In this document: one piece after another, positions 1-11,879 of the stretch
How positions within the stretch are numbered: the first letter of the stretch is position 1
How the letters are laid out: each line of letters starts with the position of its first letter
DNA from: Octopus sinensis
Lineage: Eukaryota
Reading direction: 5' to 3'
NCBI RefSeq assembly: GCF_006345805.1
Contig: NW_021836380.1
Coordinates: 1-24,070, forward strand
DNA length: 24,070 nt
Position numbers and translations under genes: made by a program
The notes under the pieces: generated by a model
Database searches by the model: none
The model's input: the letters and a program-made list of their open reading frames with translations, nothing else
What the model was told of the DNA's origin: nothing

Positions 1-119
1 TTGATTTTTCCTAATAATGGTTTTATCTAATTTAATTTATATTTATACTGTGAAATTTGAATTAATCTTAAATCTAATTTTCCCTGTAAGTTTGGATTTA
101 ATCTTTAATATTATTATTA

Positions 120-270
120 TATTTATATATATATATACGCATATATATATACATATTCACATATATAAATATATTTATATATAACAAAATAATAAATAAA
201 ATATATGCATATATACCTACATATATGTACATACCTACATCTATATGTATATATACATGCATGTATATGT
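120..270. repeat. Imperfect (TA)n/(TACA)n microsatellite
   Basis: Visible dinucleotide runs; source of the Y/I-rich pseudo-ORFs at 123-386 and the start of 205-606. Confidence 0.9.
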
Positions 271-540
271 ATAGGACACCAAAAAAACGTCAAATACAAT
301 GAGAAACGAAAACATAAAAACAGAACCATGGAAATGGAAATTTTTTTAAAACAACGAATAAACAGGGTACAAGACATACAACACAAGGAAAATTCCCCTT
401 CTTCAGCTGCATTGTTTTACTGCCCTGTTTTTGTTGCCACTTTTGCCGCTCCGCAAAAGATCTCAAATTATTTGCGGGAAGGACCGTTTCACCGAAGTCG
501 TGTCTCACCTTTACCTTCGAAATGCAGAGTAGACGAAACG
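271..540 (-). mobile_element. Unclassified interspersed-repeat fragment, possibly a Penelope-like terminal region
   Basis: Abuts the LINE 3' end. The minus strand reads CAGCTGAAGAAGGGGAATTTTCCTTGTGTTGTATG, which resembles a repeat end I recall from octopus DNA. Classification is inference only. Confidence 0.3.
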
Positions 541-542
541 GC

Positions 543-1512
543 ATTTCCTGCCGTGATATTGGTTCATCTGGTATCTCAGGCAGCAACCTATCCATACATT
601 CCTTGAGACCTTACATATGAACGTCCTGTAGATCTCTAACATTGCCTGGAAGGATGTTGATCAATTTTGGGCCCTTGAAACCCAGACTATTGCATTACTG
701 TGTCCTTATTTTAGATGGGGTTGACGGGATCTTTGGTATGGTGCAGTGCCGTCCAGTTCAAGGATTGGTATAGCTGTCAATTCTGAAATTGGGAGCGAAA
801 CCCTTCTAGATCTTCTAAATATATATCACTGCATCTCTCTCTCTCGTCTTCCTTGCACGAAATAGACTCAGCTCCTTATGCCCTTCCCAGTAACCCATCT
901 ATTGCATTGAGTCAATCTTCTTTGTATATTGGCGCTGGATTGTTTCGAGTTCCACAGTTTATTTCACTTTCTCTGGGGACCTTAGTTGGGAGCAGTAGTC
1001 CAAGCAGCTGAGAACAAAAGTTTTCCATAGGGGTAACAGGGCTTCCCTTTTTGTGGTTCTGAATGTCCTCAGAATCCATCCAGGCACTCGTCTGCTCAAT
1101 GTTGCCATCTTTGTAATATGCACATGGAATGTTGCATCATTGCTCATGTGAACCCCTTGGTCATGCACCAAATCTGTCTCTGGGATCATATTACCTTCTG
1201 GTTCAGTGTTTTCCAATTTTAGCCTGGTGTTGGACCAATAGTGGAGTGCCATACATGTCAAAGCATTAAACCTTTCTGCAGTTTTATTATGTCCTCTGGG
1301 TTCCTAACTGCTGCAATACTTTTGTCTTGTCAGCATAACTGGTCAAATTGGGTGACTGTATCACAGAGGGTATGTCTGAGAGGGCCACCACAAATAGTAG
1401 TGGCCCCAATACAGTTCTCTGTGGGACTCCGCTGAGAATTGATGTCTCTTCAGAGTGAGCACTATTTGCTGCAACTGTCTGACTCCTACCCTTCAGAAAA
1501 TCATGCAGCCAT
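543..1512 (-). mobile_element. 5'-truncated CR1/L2(Jockey-group)-type LINE, C-terminal half of ORF2 reverse transcriptase (pseudogenised)
   Basis: Minus-strand translation gives WLHDFLKGRSQTVAANS..ILSGVPQRTVLGPLLFVVALSDIP..LTSYADKTKV (degenerate GVPQG and YADD motifs). It continues with WILRTFRT..LWKTFVLSCLDYCSQL (ORF 959-1261), ELETIQRQYTKKI, GFKGPKLINILP and DRLLPEIPDEP. Stops and frameshifts are present. Confidence 0.9.
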
Positions 1513-1879
1513 GAATTAATTTTTAGAATGTAGCTGTCCTTTCACATGGAATTTTCTGAAGCCAATTTCCTGAAGTGACTTTATATATAATGAAACTGTG
1601 ATTGTGTATATCAGAAAAAATATATATAAGTCGAAACAGTTTATTGACCTATGTTTTTTATATCTATTTGTGTTATGTAATATTATGTTATATTATATTC
1701 ATAGTATTTAATGTAATATGGTAATATAAATAAATTATTGGATTGTCAATAGTATATCTCTGTAGTCAATTTATCTTTATAATTGAATTATTCCAATATT
1801 TATATGGTATCCAACTGACGTTCCAGTTAATTGAATGTTTAACACACCCCTTTCAAGGATTTCTTTTCCTCTGTTACTT

Positions 1880-1893
1880 TATGTGCGTGTGTG

Positions 1894-1931
<38 letters not shown>

Positions 1932-1969
1932 TACACATATATATACATACACACACACACACACATATA

Positions 1970-2038
<69 letters not shown>

Positions 2039-2045
2039 TACACAT
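1880..2045. repeat. Compound (TG)/(TA)/(CA) microsatellite
   Basis: Direct inspection. Confidence 0.95.
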
Positions 2046-2096
2046 AATGATATTTTGTATGCATTTAATATATGCTTTATAATATTGTACAATAAG

Positions 2097-2206
2097 TAAA
2101 AAGGAAATTCATCTTATGTGAAATGTTCCTCAGTTAAGCCATTTCAAAATATTTTGAAATTTCTTAACTGAGAAAGATCTTGCATAAGAGATGAATTTCC
2201 TTTTTA
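2097..2206. repeat. ~110-bp imperfect palindrome (possible fold-back MITE)
   Basis: TAAAAAGGAAATTCATCTTATG pairs with CATAAGAGATGAATTTCCTTTTTA apart from a 2-nt indel; CTCAGTTAAG pairs with CTTAACTGAG; perfect central ATTTCAAAAT|ATTTTGAAAT centred at 2150/2151. Confidence 0.8.
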
Positions 2207-2399
2207 TCTGTTGCATCAATGATCTGAAACATATGAACTAAACGCATTCAACATTACTTGGTTATATTTCATTATGGCCAGTAGAAGCTAGGCAGTCCTT
2301 AGTCTATTTACAAGGATACTCCATCAAGGATTTGGAGTGGTTCATTGTATTTCACTCAAGTTGGAAATTCTAGTAATGGACATTGGTTTTAAACATAAC

Positions 2400-2530
2400 A
2401 CAAAATATATATATGCACATGCTTGCATGTGTGTGTATATGTATGTAGATATCATGTATGTATGTGTGTGTATATCTATCTGTCTGTCTATACACACACA
2501 CACACACACACATGCATACATGTATGTGTA
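2400..2530. repeat. Decayed (TG)/(CA)/(TA) microsatellite
   Basis: Direct inspection. Confidence 0.8.
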
Positions 2531-2569
2531 AAATATCCTTCCTATCGGGTAGGGCAATTTATATTTTTT

Positions 2570-2875
2570 ACTGGCACTACATCAGTTATGGGGATGAGGG
2601 TTTCAGCTAATCTAATCATTGGAACAGCCTGCTCACGAAATTAACATTCAGTTGAGACTCCACAAACATGCATACTCTTAATGTAGTTTTTAGGGTGATT
2701 CAGGTTGACACAGAATGTTACAAGGCTGACTTTTTGAAATACAACTACTACTCATTTTTGCCAGCTGAGTGAACTGGAGTATTGTGAAATAAAGTGTCCT
2801 GCTCAAGGACACAAGGTGTTGCCAGGTATTGAACTCATGACTTTATGATTTAACCAGTAAAGCATGTGCCTTCAC
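2570..2875 (-). mobile_element. tRNA-derived SINE copy
   Basis: Reverse complement aligns by eye with 11261-11574 (CTCAGCTGGCAAAAA, CAGCCTTG, GCTGTTCCA, ATAACTGATG..TGCCAGT). B-box-like GTTCAATACC on the minus strand at ~2825-2834; CORE-like TGTGTCCTTGAGCAGGACACTTTA. Confidence 0.8.
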
Positions 2876-2984
2876 ATTTTATATTGTTATGAATATTAAT
2901 GTGATGTATCATCCTTGTTGAATATACTAGGGTTTGTTACATCACTTTTGGCAATGATGTACCTTGTTATATAACATATATATA

Positions 2985-3947
2985 ATGGCGTAAGCTTGCA
3001 AGGAATGAAGCTAGTATGCTCCGCTGGATGTATAATGTCAGTGTGCATACATAACAGAGTGTAAGCGCCCTGAGAAAAAAGTTGGATTTAAGAAACATCA
3101 GATGTGGTGTGCAAGAGAGACAACTGCGCTGGTATGGTCATGTGTTGCAAATGAATGAGGACAGCTGTATGAAAAAGTGTCTCACGTAGCAGTTGAAGGA
3201 ACCTGTGGAAGAGGTACACCCAGGAAGGCCTGGGATGAGGTGGTGAGGCACGACCTTAGAACATTGGGCCTTACCGAGGCAATGACTAGTGACCGAGACC
3301 TTTGGAGATATACTGTGCTTGAGAAGACCCGACAAGCCAATTGAGACCATAACCAGTGGCCTATGCCAGTGGGTGTAACTAGCCCACTTATGAGTACCCC
3401 TCATTCATTGGACAATAAACTTTGCTTGCGAAGACCTGTAGAAGCAAGTGAAATCAAAATCAAAATTGCTGACGTGGCCGATGGCCGATGACAGTACCAC
3501 CTGATTGGCACTTGTGCCATTGGAATGTTAAAAGCACCATCCAAGCATGATTGTTGCCAGGGCCACTGGTTGGTTCCCATGTTGATGGCACGTAAAAAGC
3601 ACCATTAGAGTGTGATCATTGCCAGCATCGCTAGTGGCATGTGAAAAACAACATTCAGGCATGGTTGTTGCTAGTGCTGCCGGACTAGCTCCCATGCAGG
3701 TAGCACGTAAGAAACACCTTTTGAGTGTGGTCGTTGCCAGAACTGCCTGACTGGCCCTTGTGCTGGTGGCACATAAAAGCACCCACTGCACTCTTGAAGT
3801 GGTTGGCATTAGGAAGGGCATCCAGCTGTAGAAACTTTGCCAGATCAGATTGGAGCCTGGTGCAGCCTTCTGGCTTGCCAAACCTCAGTCAAACCCTCCA
3901 ACTCATGTCAGCATGGAAAACGGACATTAAACGATGAAACGATGATA
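2985..3947 (+). mobile_element. 5'-truncated RTE-clade LINE: ORF2 C-terminus, 3' UTR and (GAT)n-like tail
   Basis: Translation gives RKLARNEASMLRWMYNVSVH..LRWYGHVLQMNED..GTCGRGTPRKAWDEVVRHDLRTLGLTEAM..RDLWRYTVLEKTRQAN*, the typical RTE C-terminal LRWYGHV / RGRPRK.W motifs. Ends in GCATGGAAAACGGACATTAAACGATGAAACGATGAT. Confidence 0.88.
3501..3785 (+). repeat. Degenerate ~55-65-bp tandem repeat (about 5 units) inside the RTE 3' UTR
   Basis: Recurring GGCACGTAAAAAGCACCAT..GTTGCCAG motif near 3510-3560, 3585-3625, 3635-3675, 3700-3740 and 3765-3785. Confidence 0.75.
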
Positions 3948-4011
3948 ATATATTGTTACCATGTAACAATATATTATTAATGAACACAGTATATGTTTTT
4001 CATTAGAGAAA

Positions 4012-4115
4012 TTGGCAGAAGCAATAGAGCCTTATCTCATGCACAATGCTTAGTTCTCAACTTCCTGATCCTGAATTCAAATCCATCTGAATTTAGCTAT
4101 TTTTATCTATCATCT
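4012..4115 (+). mobile_element. Degenerate tRNA-derived SINE head (second family)
   Basis: TTGGCAGAAGCAATAG (A-box-like) and TGAATTCAAATCC (B-box-like); resemblance recalled from an octopus SINE consensus, not verified. Confidence 0.3.
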
Positions 4116-4849
4116 CACAGTAGTCTCATCACCTGTAGCCTTACAAATTTGTATTGTATTCAGTGAAATGAAATTTGCATTCTACATGTTATAAAGCTGC
4201 TTCCCTTATTCACCATAATTTATTCATTGATTCTCTTTCTGGGTTTAAGTATGGCTATGTATTTTAGAAATTCACTTTACAATTATATGACTTCATATTT
4301 AATCCCACAATATTGCACCTTTATTGTCTTCTGGTATAACCTTGTGTGGACCAAAGCTTTGTGAGTGAAATTTGACAGATGGAATATTTAAGAAAGCTTG
4401 TTGGAGGAATCATTACTTTTTTCAATGTGGCAGGCCCAATCTGTCCAACTGACTTGTAAGCATCATTAGCAGAGGCCACTCTTTTACATGCTATTGGACA
4501 AGGTCCTCTGTCTAAGAATAACTTCCTCTCTTTCTCCCATCAGTCTAAGCCTGAGTACTCCAATTATACAATTTATTTCATAAATAGGTAAATAGTTGAT
4601 TTGATGTGTGTATGTGCACTCACTCATTACTAAATGTTGTTTTTTTCTTTTTTTAATCAAGTGTGTGCAAAATTTCTTTACCTGTCGCTATATTTCAATT
4701 TTGAAAACCAATCCAATTTCTGCTATGTTACAATAGTTATTTGTAAGACATTTAGTACTGCCATACAAAAAAAAAAGTTGCATAATAATCAATAGAAAAA
4801 AAATTTTTTGAATAGAAAAAACCCCCATAATTTTTGCCAGGCATTCCAA

Positions 4850-6200
4850 TGGCTGGAGTAACTTATAAAAGTAACTCACTAATATCTGATCTATAAATAA
4901 CTTTATAAATAGGTTTGACAGATTGGGAGGAGGGAGCTAAATCTGTGAGAATCCAATTTTGTCAATATACTAACATTGATATTTCACACCTATGGCTCTC
5001 TATTTATAAATCATTACAACTAATCTTCCTGCTATTGCTATATCATAGTCATCTTTAGTATAGACTACTTCAGTTTTCTCTTGTATGCTATTGGATATTT
5101 TGAAGACCAATATAAAAAAAATTAGGTCAAACAATTAACTACATTTATATAGTATATACAAAGATATTGAAATACATAATATGATGGTCCTGAACACAAT
5201 TTTGAAATATGAGATTCATGAGATTACTCACACTCTTGTTAACAATGGACCATCTTATTTTTTCTATTTTCAGTATTTTCTTCAGTTTGTTTAATGTAAC
5301 TCAAGATGAAATTGCCATTATAACACATCATTTAAAAACTGCAACAAAAAAACAAAATAACATTGATTTCTCTTTTGTCTGTTGGTCATGCGATAAAGTG
5401 GCTGCTCTTTTGATTTACCTTCTGCTTATTAAATTAATGAAAAAATTCTCTTAAATTAGTTTTACTTGGACTCTCTCTACCAGCTTTATAACTTGTTTCA
5501 TTAGTTTACATTCTTTGTTATTCTCAGGTCTTTAGTCACCCCCTTTCACCTTTGTAATCACTAAAGAGGGTGTTACAGCAGGAATAACTTTCTGTAGCAT
5601 CTAATTAGCTAAATGGGTGAGTAAAATTTCCCCAAATGCAGATGCTTTCAATACATCAGTAACTATCTATGAAGGACTTAGCTTTCTTCCTTTTTATCTG
5701 CATTATTTTAGTCAAATGCCTTGTGCATGAGTATGAGAGCCATTGGTTCTTTATATTTTTCATAATCTTTTTTCTATTTCTCAATTTCACACTTCCAAAC
5801 TACTTTCATTTTATCCTTGTTATTCTTTACACTGATACTAAGTCTCCTAATTATTTTCAGTTGTCTTAGTTATTATTTTATTCTAATATCATAATGTGTC
5901 TTCTAGAGACTTGTAAATAGATATCCTATACACTATACTTCTCCACTTGTTAGCTTATAGTTTAGGATTTTTCTCCCAGCTTCATTACTTATTCTGAACT
6001 TGCTTAACACCTGTCTACAATTAAGTGGGGCTTTTCCATAAAGGTAGCATTTTCTTAAATTCTCTCTCTTCCTTTCTCTTTTACCTCTTTCATCTCTCTT
6101 CAAGCTAAAATTAATTAGCTGCTGTCTAGATTTCTGAAGTTTTCATTATAGACTTTAAGGGACTCACACCACTAAAATCCATTATAAAGTTTATAAACTC
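4850..6200 (-). pseudogene. Old, heavily decayed RTE-like LINE ORF2 (RT domain) remnant
   Basis: Minus-strand pieces in collinear order: SPS*IVTDVLKASAFGEILLTHLAN*MLQKVIP (~5575-5680; cf. GPSGI.AEMLKA), YKGE, ENNKECKLMKQVIKLVERV (~5475-5530; cf. NYRGIKLL..VMKV.ERV), LFCFFVAVFK (cf. LYLAFVD.EKAF) and GFSQI*LPPPNLSNLFIKLFIDQIL (~4880-4955; cf. GV.QG..LSP.LF). Many stops and frameshifts. Confidence 0.6.
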
Positions 6201-6207
6201 CTTTTAA

Positions 6208-6412
6208 CCCTTTTGCATTCAGATTATTATGTCAAATTTAATCCTAATTTATTGCCATTGTTTTGAAGTAATCATGCATTATCTTTTTGTACTGAGATTT
6301 CAATGTTGGGGTCAATCTAATCGACTGGCCCTCTCCCCCAAATATTTCAGGCCTTGTGCCTAGAGTAGAAAAGAATATTTGGGTCAGATATGCTGGTTTA
6401 AATGCTAAAGGG
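6208..6412. mobile_element. piggyBac-type non-autonomous MITE, copy 1 (with internal replacement)
   Basis: TTAA(6204-6207)|CCCTTTTGCATT ... AATGCTAAAGGG|TTAA(6413-6416). CCC..GGG termini plus TTAA duplication are piggyBac hallmarks; homologous to 16883-17063. Confidence 0.8.
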
Positions 6413-7543
6413 TTAAAGTCTTTTGTTTAGCTTACATTTGAAGGCAGCAACTGTTTGTAAGACAAACCATCTACTGGATTTAATACCGGTATGTCACAGG
6501 TAACATTCCCAGATCATACAGCACCAGTTTCTGATAGAAAGGTGAACAGAGGCAATATAGAATATGTAAATCTGAGAAACAATGAAATGCCAGCAGCCAC
6601 CTCACCTATCTAGATTCCATTAGCTCTAGATATGACCACCAGTCTCTCTGATGTATTTGATTTGGTGCCTTTAAGGGTAGCTATTAAAATCCTCTACTAC
6701 AATAACAATATCTTTATCACCCACCTTCAACATTGCTCTTTTAAAAATTTCATATGCTTATCTTCTCTCATGTTAGTTATAACCTAAACACTGTCAATTC
6801 TTTTTTTCTCTCCATTTCTTTTCTAAAAGTATAGCAACACCTCCAGTTTCAGAATTATTACCTGTACATAAGTTTTTTTTAAAAATATATTTTTGCTCAT
6901 TCACTGTGATTAACAGCCACTATGATGGTATGCTAAGTGATTTTTATGAAGCCAACAAAAGGAAAGTGTGGATAGGCTGCTTTCATTACCATGCCATGTT
7001 ACAGGGAATACTCAGTGAATGGACTTTGTAAATATATGTATCTTAGATTAACATTAAGTGATGTGAATGTTGTGAGAATTATTCACTCAAAGAAAAAGCA
7101 GAAAAATTATACCAGACAAGAAATCAGTTTGGTCAATGGTGAGTAAAACAGTAAAGTGTGTAGAAGAAATCCATTGATTCTCTTCATGTTTATATTGTTT
7201 TTTTTTTAAACATTCTTATGAGAAAAATTAGAAAAGGTAAACACATTTGAGTAGACAATATGCCTTTTAAACAAGTTGTGCATTTAGTTTGCAAATAATA
7301 GTAACTGATAAAACTGATATGAATGCTATATAAAGAAAAACATTATGCTATTATTTAATAAAACCATTAAGATAATCAATACTTGACTTGCAATGTTTAC
7401 TTTTCAGGACAGTTTAGTCAATATTTTCTTTAACTACATTCAGACATTTAATTTTTGCCTGTTTTCAAAGAAGAAATTTATGATTTAAAGCTTTTTCTTT
7501 CTTTCTTTATTTTTTCATAATGTAACCATTTCTAATATATCTT

Positions 7544-7724
7544 ATCATCAACATTTAACATCTGTTTTCCATGCTGGCATGAGTTGGATGGTTTGACAGG
7601 AATTGGCAAGGCCAGAGTTTGTATCAGGTTCCATAATCTGTTCTGGCTTGGTTTCAATGGCTGGATACCCTTCCAAATGCCAACTCCTCTACAGATTGCA
7701 CTGGGTGCTTTTTATGTGGCACCT
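7544..7724 (-). mobile_element. Solo RTE-type 3' tail (truncated LINE or RTE-tailed SINE)
   Basis: ATCATCAACATTTAACATCTGTTTTCCATGCTGGCATG..GCTGGATACCCTTCC..GCCAAC..TTTTATGTGGCAC is a diverged reverse complement of 3765-3947. Confidence 0.8.
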
Positions 7725-8734
7725 GTTGTGGAAAGTTCCACTATAACTTCACATCAATGTTTCATTGAATGACCTGACTTCTCATTTTCTGGCTAATAGG
7801 AGTAACAATGTTTGCAAAGTAATTAGTATTGATTAGCACTGATTTTGGTTTTTATTTATTTCTTTGGTGTAATATTTTGGATCTTGAATGTCTCAATGTT
7901 GTACTGAAAGTAAACAATTCACAATATTCTCAGTTAGATAAATTCATTTGTATCTTAATTATAAGCATTTATTATTTGAATGTACAGACATTTTTTATAT
8001 ATATCTTATATTTGTTTGCATCAAATATTAAGTAAATAGTGTTTATTAGCTAGTGTTTACTATATCCTATAATGATTTATTCTAATTAAGTTGTGACAGT
8101 GTTTTAAGAAATTACAGTAAAAAAAAAAGAATAAAATATTATCTTTCAAATATTACCATATTATGCTTCCTTTATTAAAAAAAAATATCTTGTTATAGTG
8201 GCTTCCTTTAGTAAATGGATAGTTTTTATAGGGGAGGGACATACATTGCCTCAATTCCCACTCTCTAGTTCTTAGTAATGATTTCATTAGCTCAAAGCCA
8301 CAAATTATATGAAGAAGTAATGTCAAATGAATACAGAACTTGATTTGTAAGGATGGAATGTGAAACTGATTCCTTTTAAGTGTTTAAGTGCTTAAAGAGT
8401 TGACTTGTTTTATCAACCTCAGATGAATGAAAAACTAAGTAACAGTAATAGCCTGTTCATCACTTTGATTGACTACACTATGGAATACATGAACTTCTTC
8501 ACCAATGTTAGAATACAAGAGGATTGCTTATTTTTATAATCATTGGAGTCCAACAAAATTTACTCTGTGTATGTGTGTGTGTGTGTGTGTTAAAAAGTAG
8601 CATGGAATTTTACTCAGATGTAAAAGAAAATGTAAAATATGTTCATTACTTAACTGCTATTTTGGGGTTATTTTTCTCTTTATCCTATTTCATGAAAATC
8701 AAAACTGAAAACATTTGATATGCCAAGGCACTAA

Positions 8735-9501
8735 TGCAAGGATGGGCTGAAAAGTTCATCAGTGATGCTAGAGCTGTGAAATCTTGCATGCATTAATTTC
8801 AGCTCTTCTTATCTGCATTGTTGCTTTCCAGGTAAACTGACATCTTGTTCAAAGAAGACTTCAAAAGTAACTAGCAGTAACTTCTCTTGAAAATAGACAA
8901 AATTTGGCATCATGGTGTTATCAAGTACTTACAAAAAAGGGTTTATCTCCCCAAGTTCATTCATGCAGACATGGTTGCTACATTAGGTAATGATGCTCCA
9001 GCCTTATAAACAGTTCAAAAGTGGGTGGTTGAATTTAGGGGAGGAAGGGTAAGTTTTGAAGATGAACTGAGGTCTGGACATCCTGCAACTGCCACCACCA
9101 AAGAAAACATTGATTGTGTTTGTCACATTGCTGATGGATGACGAGTGAATGACTGTAAATTAAATAGCCAATGCTATTAGCATATCCTGTAGGAGAGTTG
9201 AGAATATTCTGCTCTATGAACTTGGCATGATGAAGGTTTCTGCTTGGTGGGTGCCACATAATGAAGAAATCTGACATTGTTTGAGGCAGATCCAGTTGGC
9301 TTCCTTGCACATTTCCTAACCCAGTATATTGTTGGGTTCGTCAATTTGAGCCAGAGACAGAGACAATGGAATCTAAGCACTGCAACACTGGTGTAAGAAA
9401 TGTGTGGGCTGCAAGGGAAACTATATTGAAAAGTATACCTCATTCATTCACATTCATTAAGAGTATATTGATCAGCCTGTGAAGTTTTCTACAAACTTGC
9501 A
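8735..9501 (+). mobile_element. Internally deleted mariner (Tc1/mariner) transposon
   Basis: Translation across frameshifts gives DKIWHHGVIKYLQK..IHADMVATLGNDAPA..VQKWVVEF..EDELRSGHPATATTKENI..ELGMMKVSAWWVPH (WVP[R/H] motif)..LTLFEADPVGFL..FEPET, then jumps to the C-terminal KCVGCKGNYIEK. Degenerate TIRs: TGCAAGGATGGGCTGAAAAGTTCA at the left and TGAAGTTTTCTACAAACTTGCA at the right. Confidence 0.9.
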
Positions 9502-10809
9502 AAGTTGTTGAGAATTAAAAAAATGGCAATTAATTTGCTGAAAATATAAACAACTTGTTACATATTTCAATGAAAACCTCCTGGATTTACACATGACCTT
9601 TATTATGTGTGACATGGATATAAATTAGAGTAATTCATGAAGAAAGTTATATCATGTCAATAACCATCAATAAAGAATGTATTACAGTTATTTAAAATGC
9701 TCTTCAGTATTAGTTGCTTTTAAAATATCAAATAATATTTTGGTATTTTTATTTCTAACCATTTCTATCATTCATGATCCAACAAGAAAGTTTCAACCTA
9801 ATCATTTGACCTTCTGCAATTTTCAGTCAATTCCGACCACATATCACACTTTACCATCTCAAAAATAGGTTTGTTTGATCAAGGCTGATCTGATGTTAAA
9901 CAAGTACAAAATCCTTATTAGTTTCCTCTATTTATCTCAGCTGACATGAGTCAGTGACCCCTGTAATAGCATGTATTCCACTTGTTTTGATTTCTCTATT
10001 TCTCCTTCCTTTTGCAAAGTGTTTTCATTTAGCATTCATAATTGCTCAAATAATTATGAGTGATGCTCTCATACACAATGACTTAATTTTTAACAAATGT
10101 CATTATAAGGGAGTTAATTACACAATTACAATGGTTTCTATATTAGTGAAAATTGATTGTGAATCACAAATGAGTTTCACCTACATTGCTTTACACTTGT
10201 GTACCTCATCATATTCTGCTCAAAGATTTATCTCCATTCCTCTATTAGGAATACACTATTGTCACTGCCTGGTTATTACTGTGCAACATCTTGCTGCTAA
10301 TGAATTTACCATACTGCTTGACTATGGGTTCTAGTCCCCACACTGTCCCTCTACTCCCCTACAAGTTAGGTTATTTAGCAAACTTATTTTCAGTGAAACA
10401 CTACCATTCTTCAGCTTTTACTCCAATTGCACAAATAAACTTAGGACACTTAAGAATTTCAAACATTTCAGCCTATTTGAAATTAGGTTTATTAGACAAG
10501 TAAAAGATCATGTGACCATAGTCTTTTTAACATCATTGGAGTGTGGAGCAAAAAACTCTCTTTCTCTCTCTCTCTCAAATGCACACACAGTTATGGCTAC
10601 TTCAGGTTACAAGATTTTACACTTATGAAAACTGTAAAATATTACCATTAATTTCCAGATACAGTCTATAATTTTGTTCTTACAGAAAGTCATATTGCAT
10701 AGTTTTAAATTAACAATTTAAACTACACTTTCTTTTAGCTCAGTGGCCCCTTGTGTTTTAGTTAAGATCAAAATATATAGTTAATGATTTGAAAGACTAC
10801 CATCATGTT

Positions 10810-10900
10810 AAACATACACATGTACATACAAACATACATACATATATATATATAATGTACACACACACACACACACACATGAATCTGTATGTATATATGT
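10810..10900. repeat. (CA)/(TA) microsatellite
   Basis: Direct inspection. Confidence 0.85.
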
Positions 10901-11260
10901 ATTTCTATCATCAACATGAACACAACCTCCAACAGCTATGTAGTTTGAAGTAGATAAGCAAATTCATTTCAAATAAAAACATAATGTGATATCTTAGTGT
11001 ATTTTAAAAGTTGAATGAAATGTCTTCGATCTTAAGTCTATGAGGATCAACTTAATACTAAACAGCGACAGCAATACAAATAGCATGAACAATATGACCA
11101 CCACCACAACAAGAACAATACCTACCCACCATCACAAACATCTGAACCTATGTAACGCACATCATCACTATTATCAACCCACACACTTTTGAATCCAACT
11201 AGCTACAACAGATATCAGCATGTATGCCAGCACATTTGAGAGTGAGTGTACTTATCATCT

Positions 11261-11574
11261 GTGCGTGGCTTAGTGTTTAGGGTATTTGGCTCTTGACCTT
11301 ACAATCATATGTTCAGTTCCTGGCTGCATGTTGTGTCCTTAAGCAAGACACTTTATTTCATGTTGCTCCTGTCCACTCAGCTGGCAAAAATTAGTAGTAC
11401 CTTTAGTTCAAATGGCCAGCCTTGTCACATTCTGTCACACACTGAATCTTCCTGAGAACTGTTTTAAAGTTATGCTTGTCTGTGGTGTGCTCTGTCACTT
11501 GCATGTTAATTTCTTGAGCAGGGTGTTCCATTGATCGGATCAACGGGAACTCTTATAACTGATGAAATGCCAGT
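11261..11574 (+). mobile_element. tRNA-derived SINE copy (near full length)
   Basis: A-box-like TGGCTTAGTGTTTAG (11266-11280), B-box-like GTTCAGTTCC (11311-11320), CORE-like TGTGTCCTTAAGCAAGACACTTTA; body homologous to the 2570-2875 copy in the opposite orientation. Confidence 0.82.
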
Positions 11575-11879
11575 CTGTATGCATATATATGTGAGTGTGT
11601 GTATTTATGTCTTAAGTCAGAAGTGCAAGGGGTGAATTGCTTATAAAATCTGGTGACCCTACAGCTGACTGCAATCATAATAGTACTTTCTTTTTCTCAG
11701 TACTTCATCTTATCTCATTTTCATAATTACATCTATAGGAATAAGACAATTTTCTGCTCTCACAAAGCAAATCTTTCCTCAGCTAATTTTTTAATTACAT
11801 ATTAGTTGTGGATAATTAATCACTTCTACTGTTAGATTTGCCTTCGATTTAAGATCTCTGGAAAGAAGTTATGAAATAG

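Noticed and set aside
385-406. Minus-strand CTGAAGA followed by an AGGGG/TTCCTT stem, resembling half a hammerhead
   Set aside because: No GAAA follows the stem. Nearby GAAAC motifs (~482-490 on -, ~517-540 on +) lack a correctly placed core.
6417-6750. Possible continuation of the old RTE (endonuclease region) beyond MITE copy 1
   Set aside because: Only vague similarity (LLAF..DL.I); not included in the feature boundaries.
9954-10503. ORFs 9954-10334 and 10291-10503, and a faint minus-strand resemblance to a LINE endonuclease near 10200-10360
   Set aside because: No convincing motif; the similarity is too weak to support by eye.
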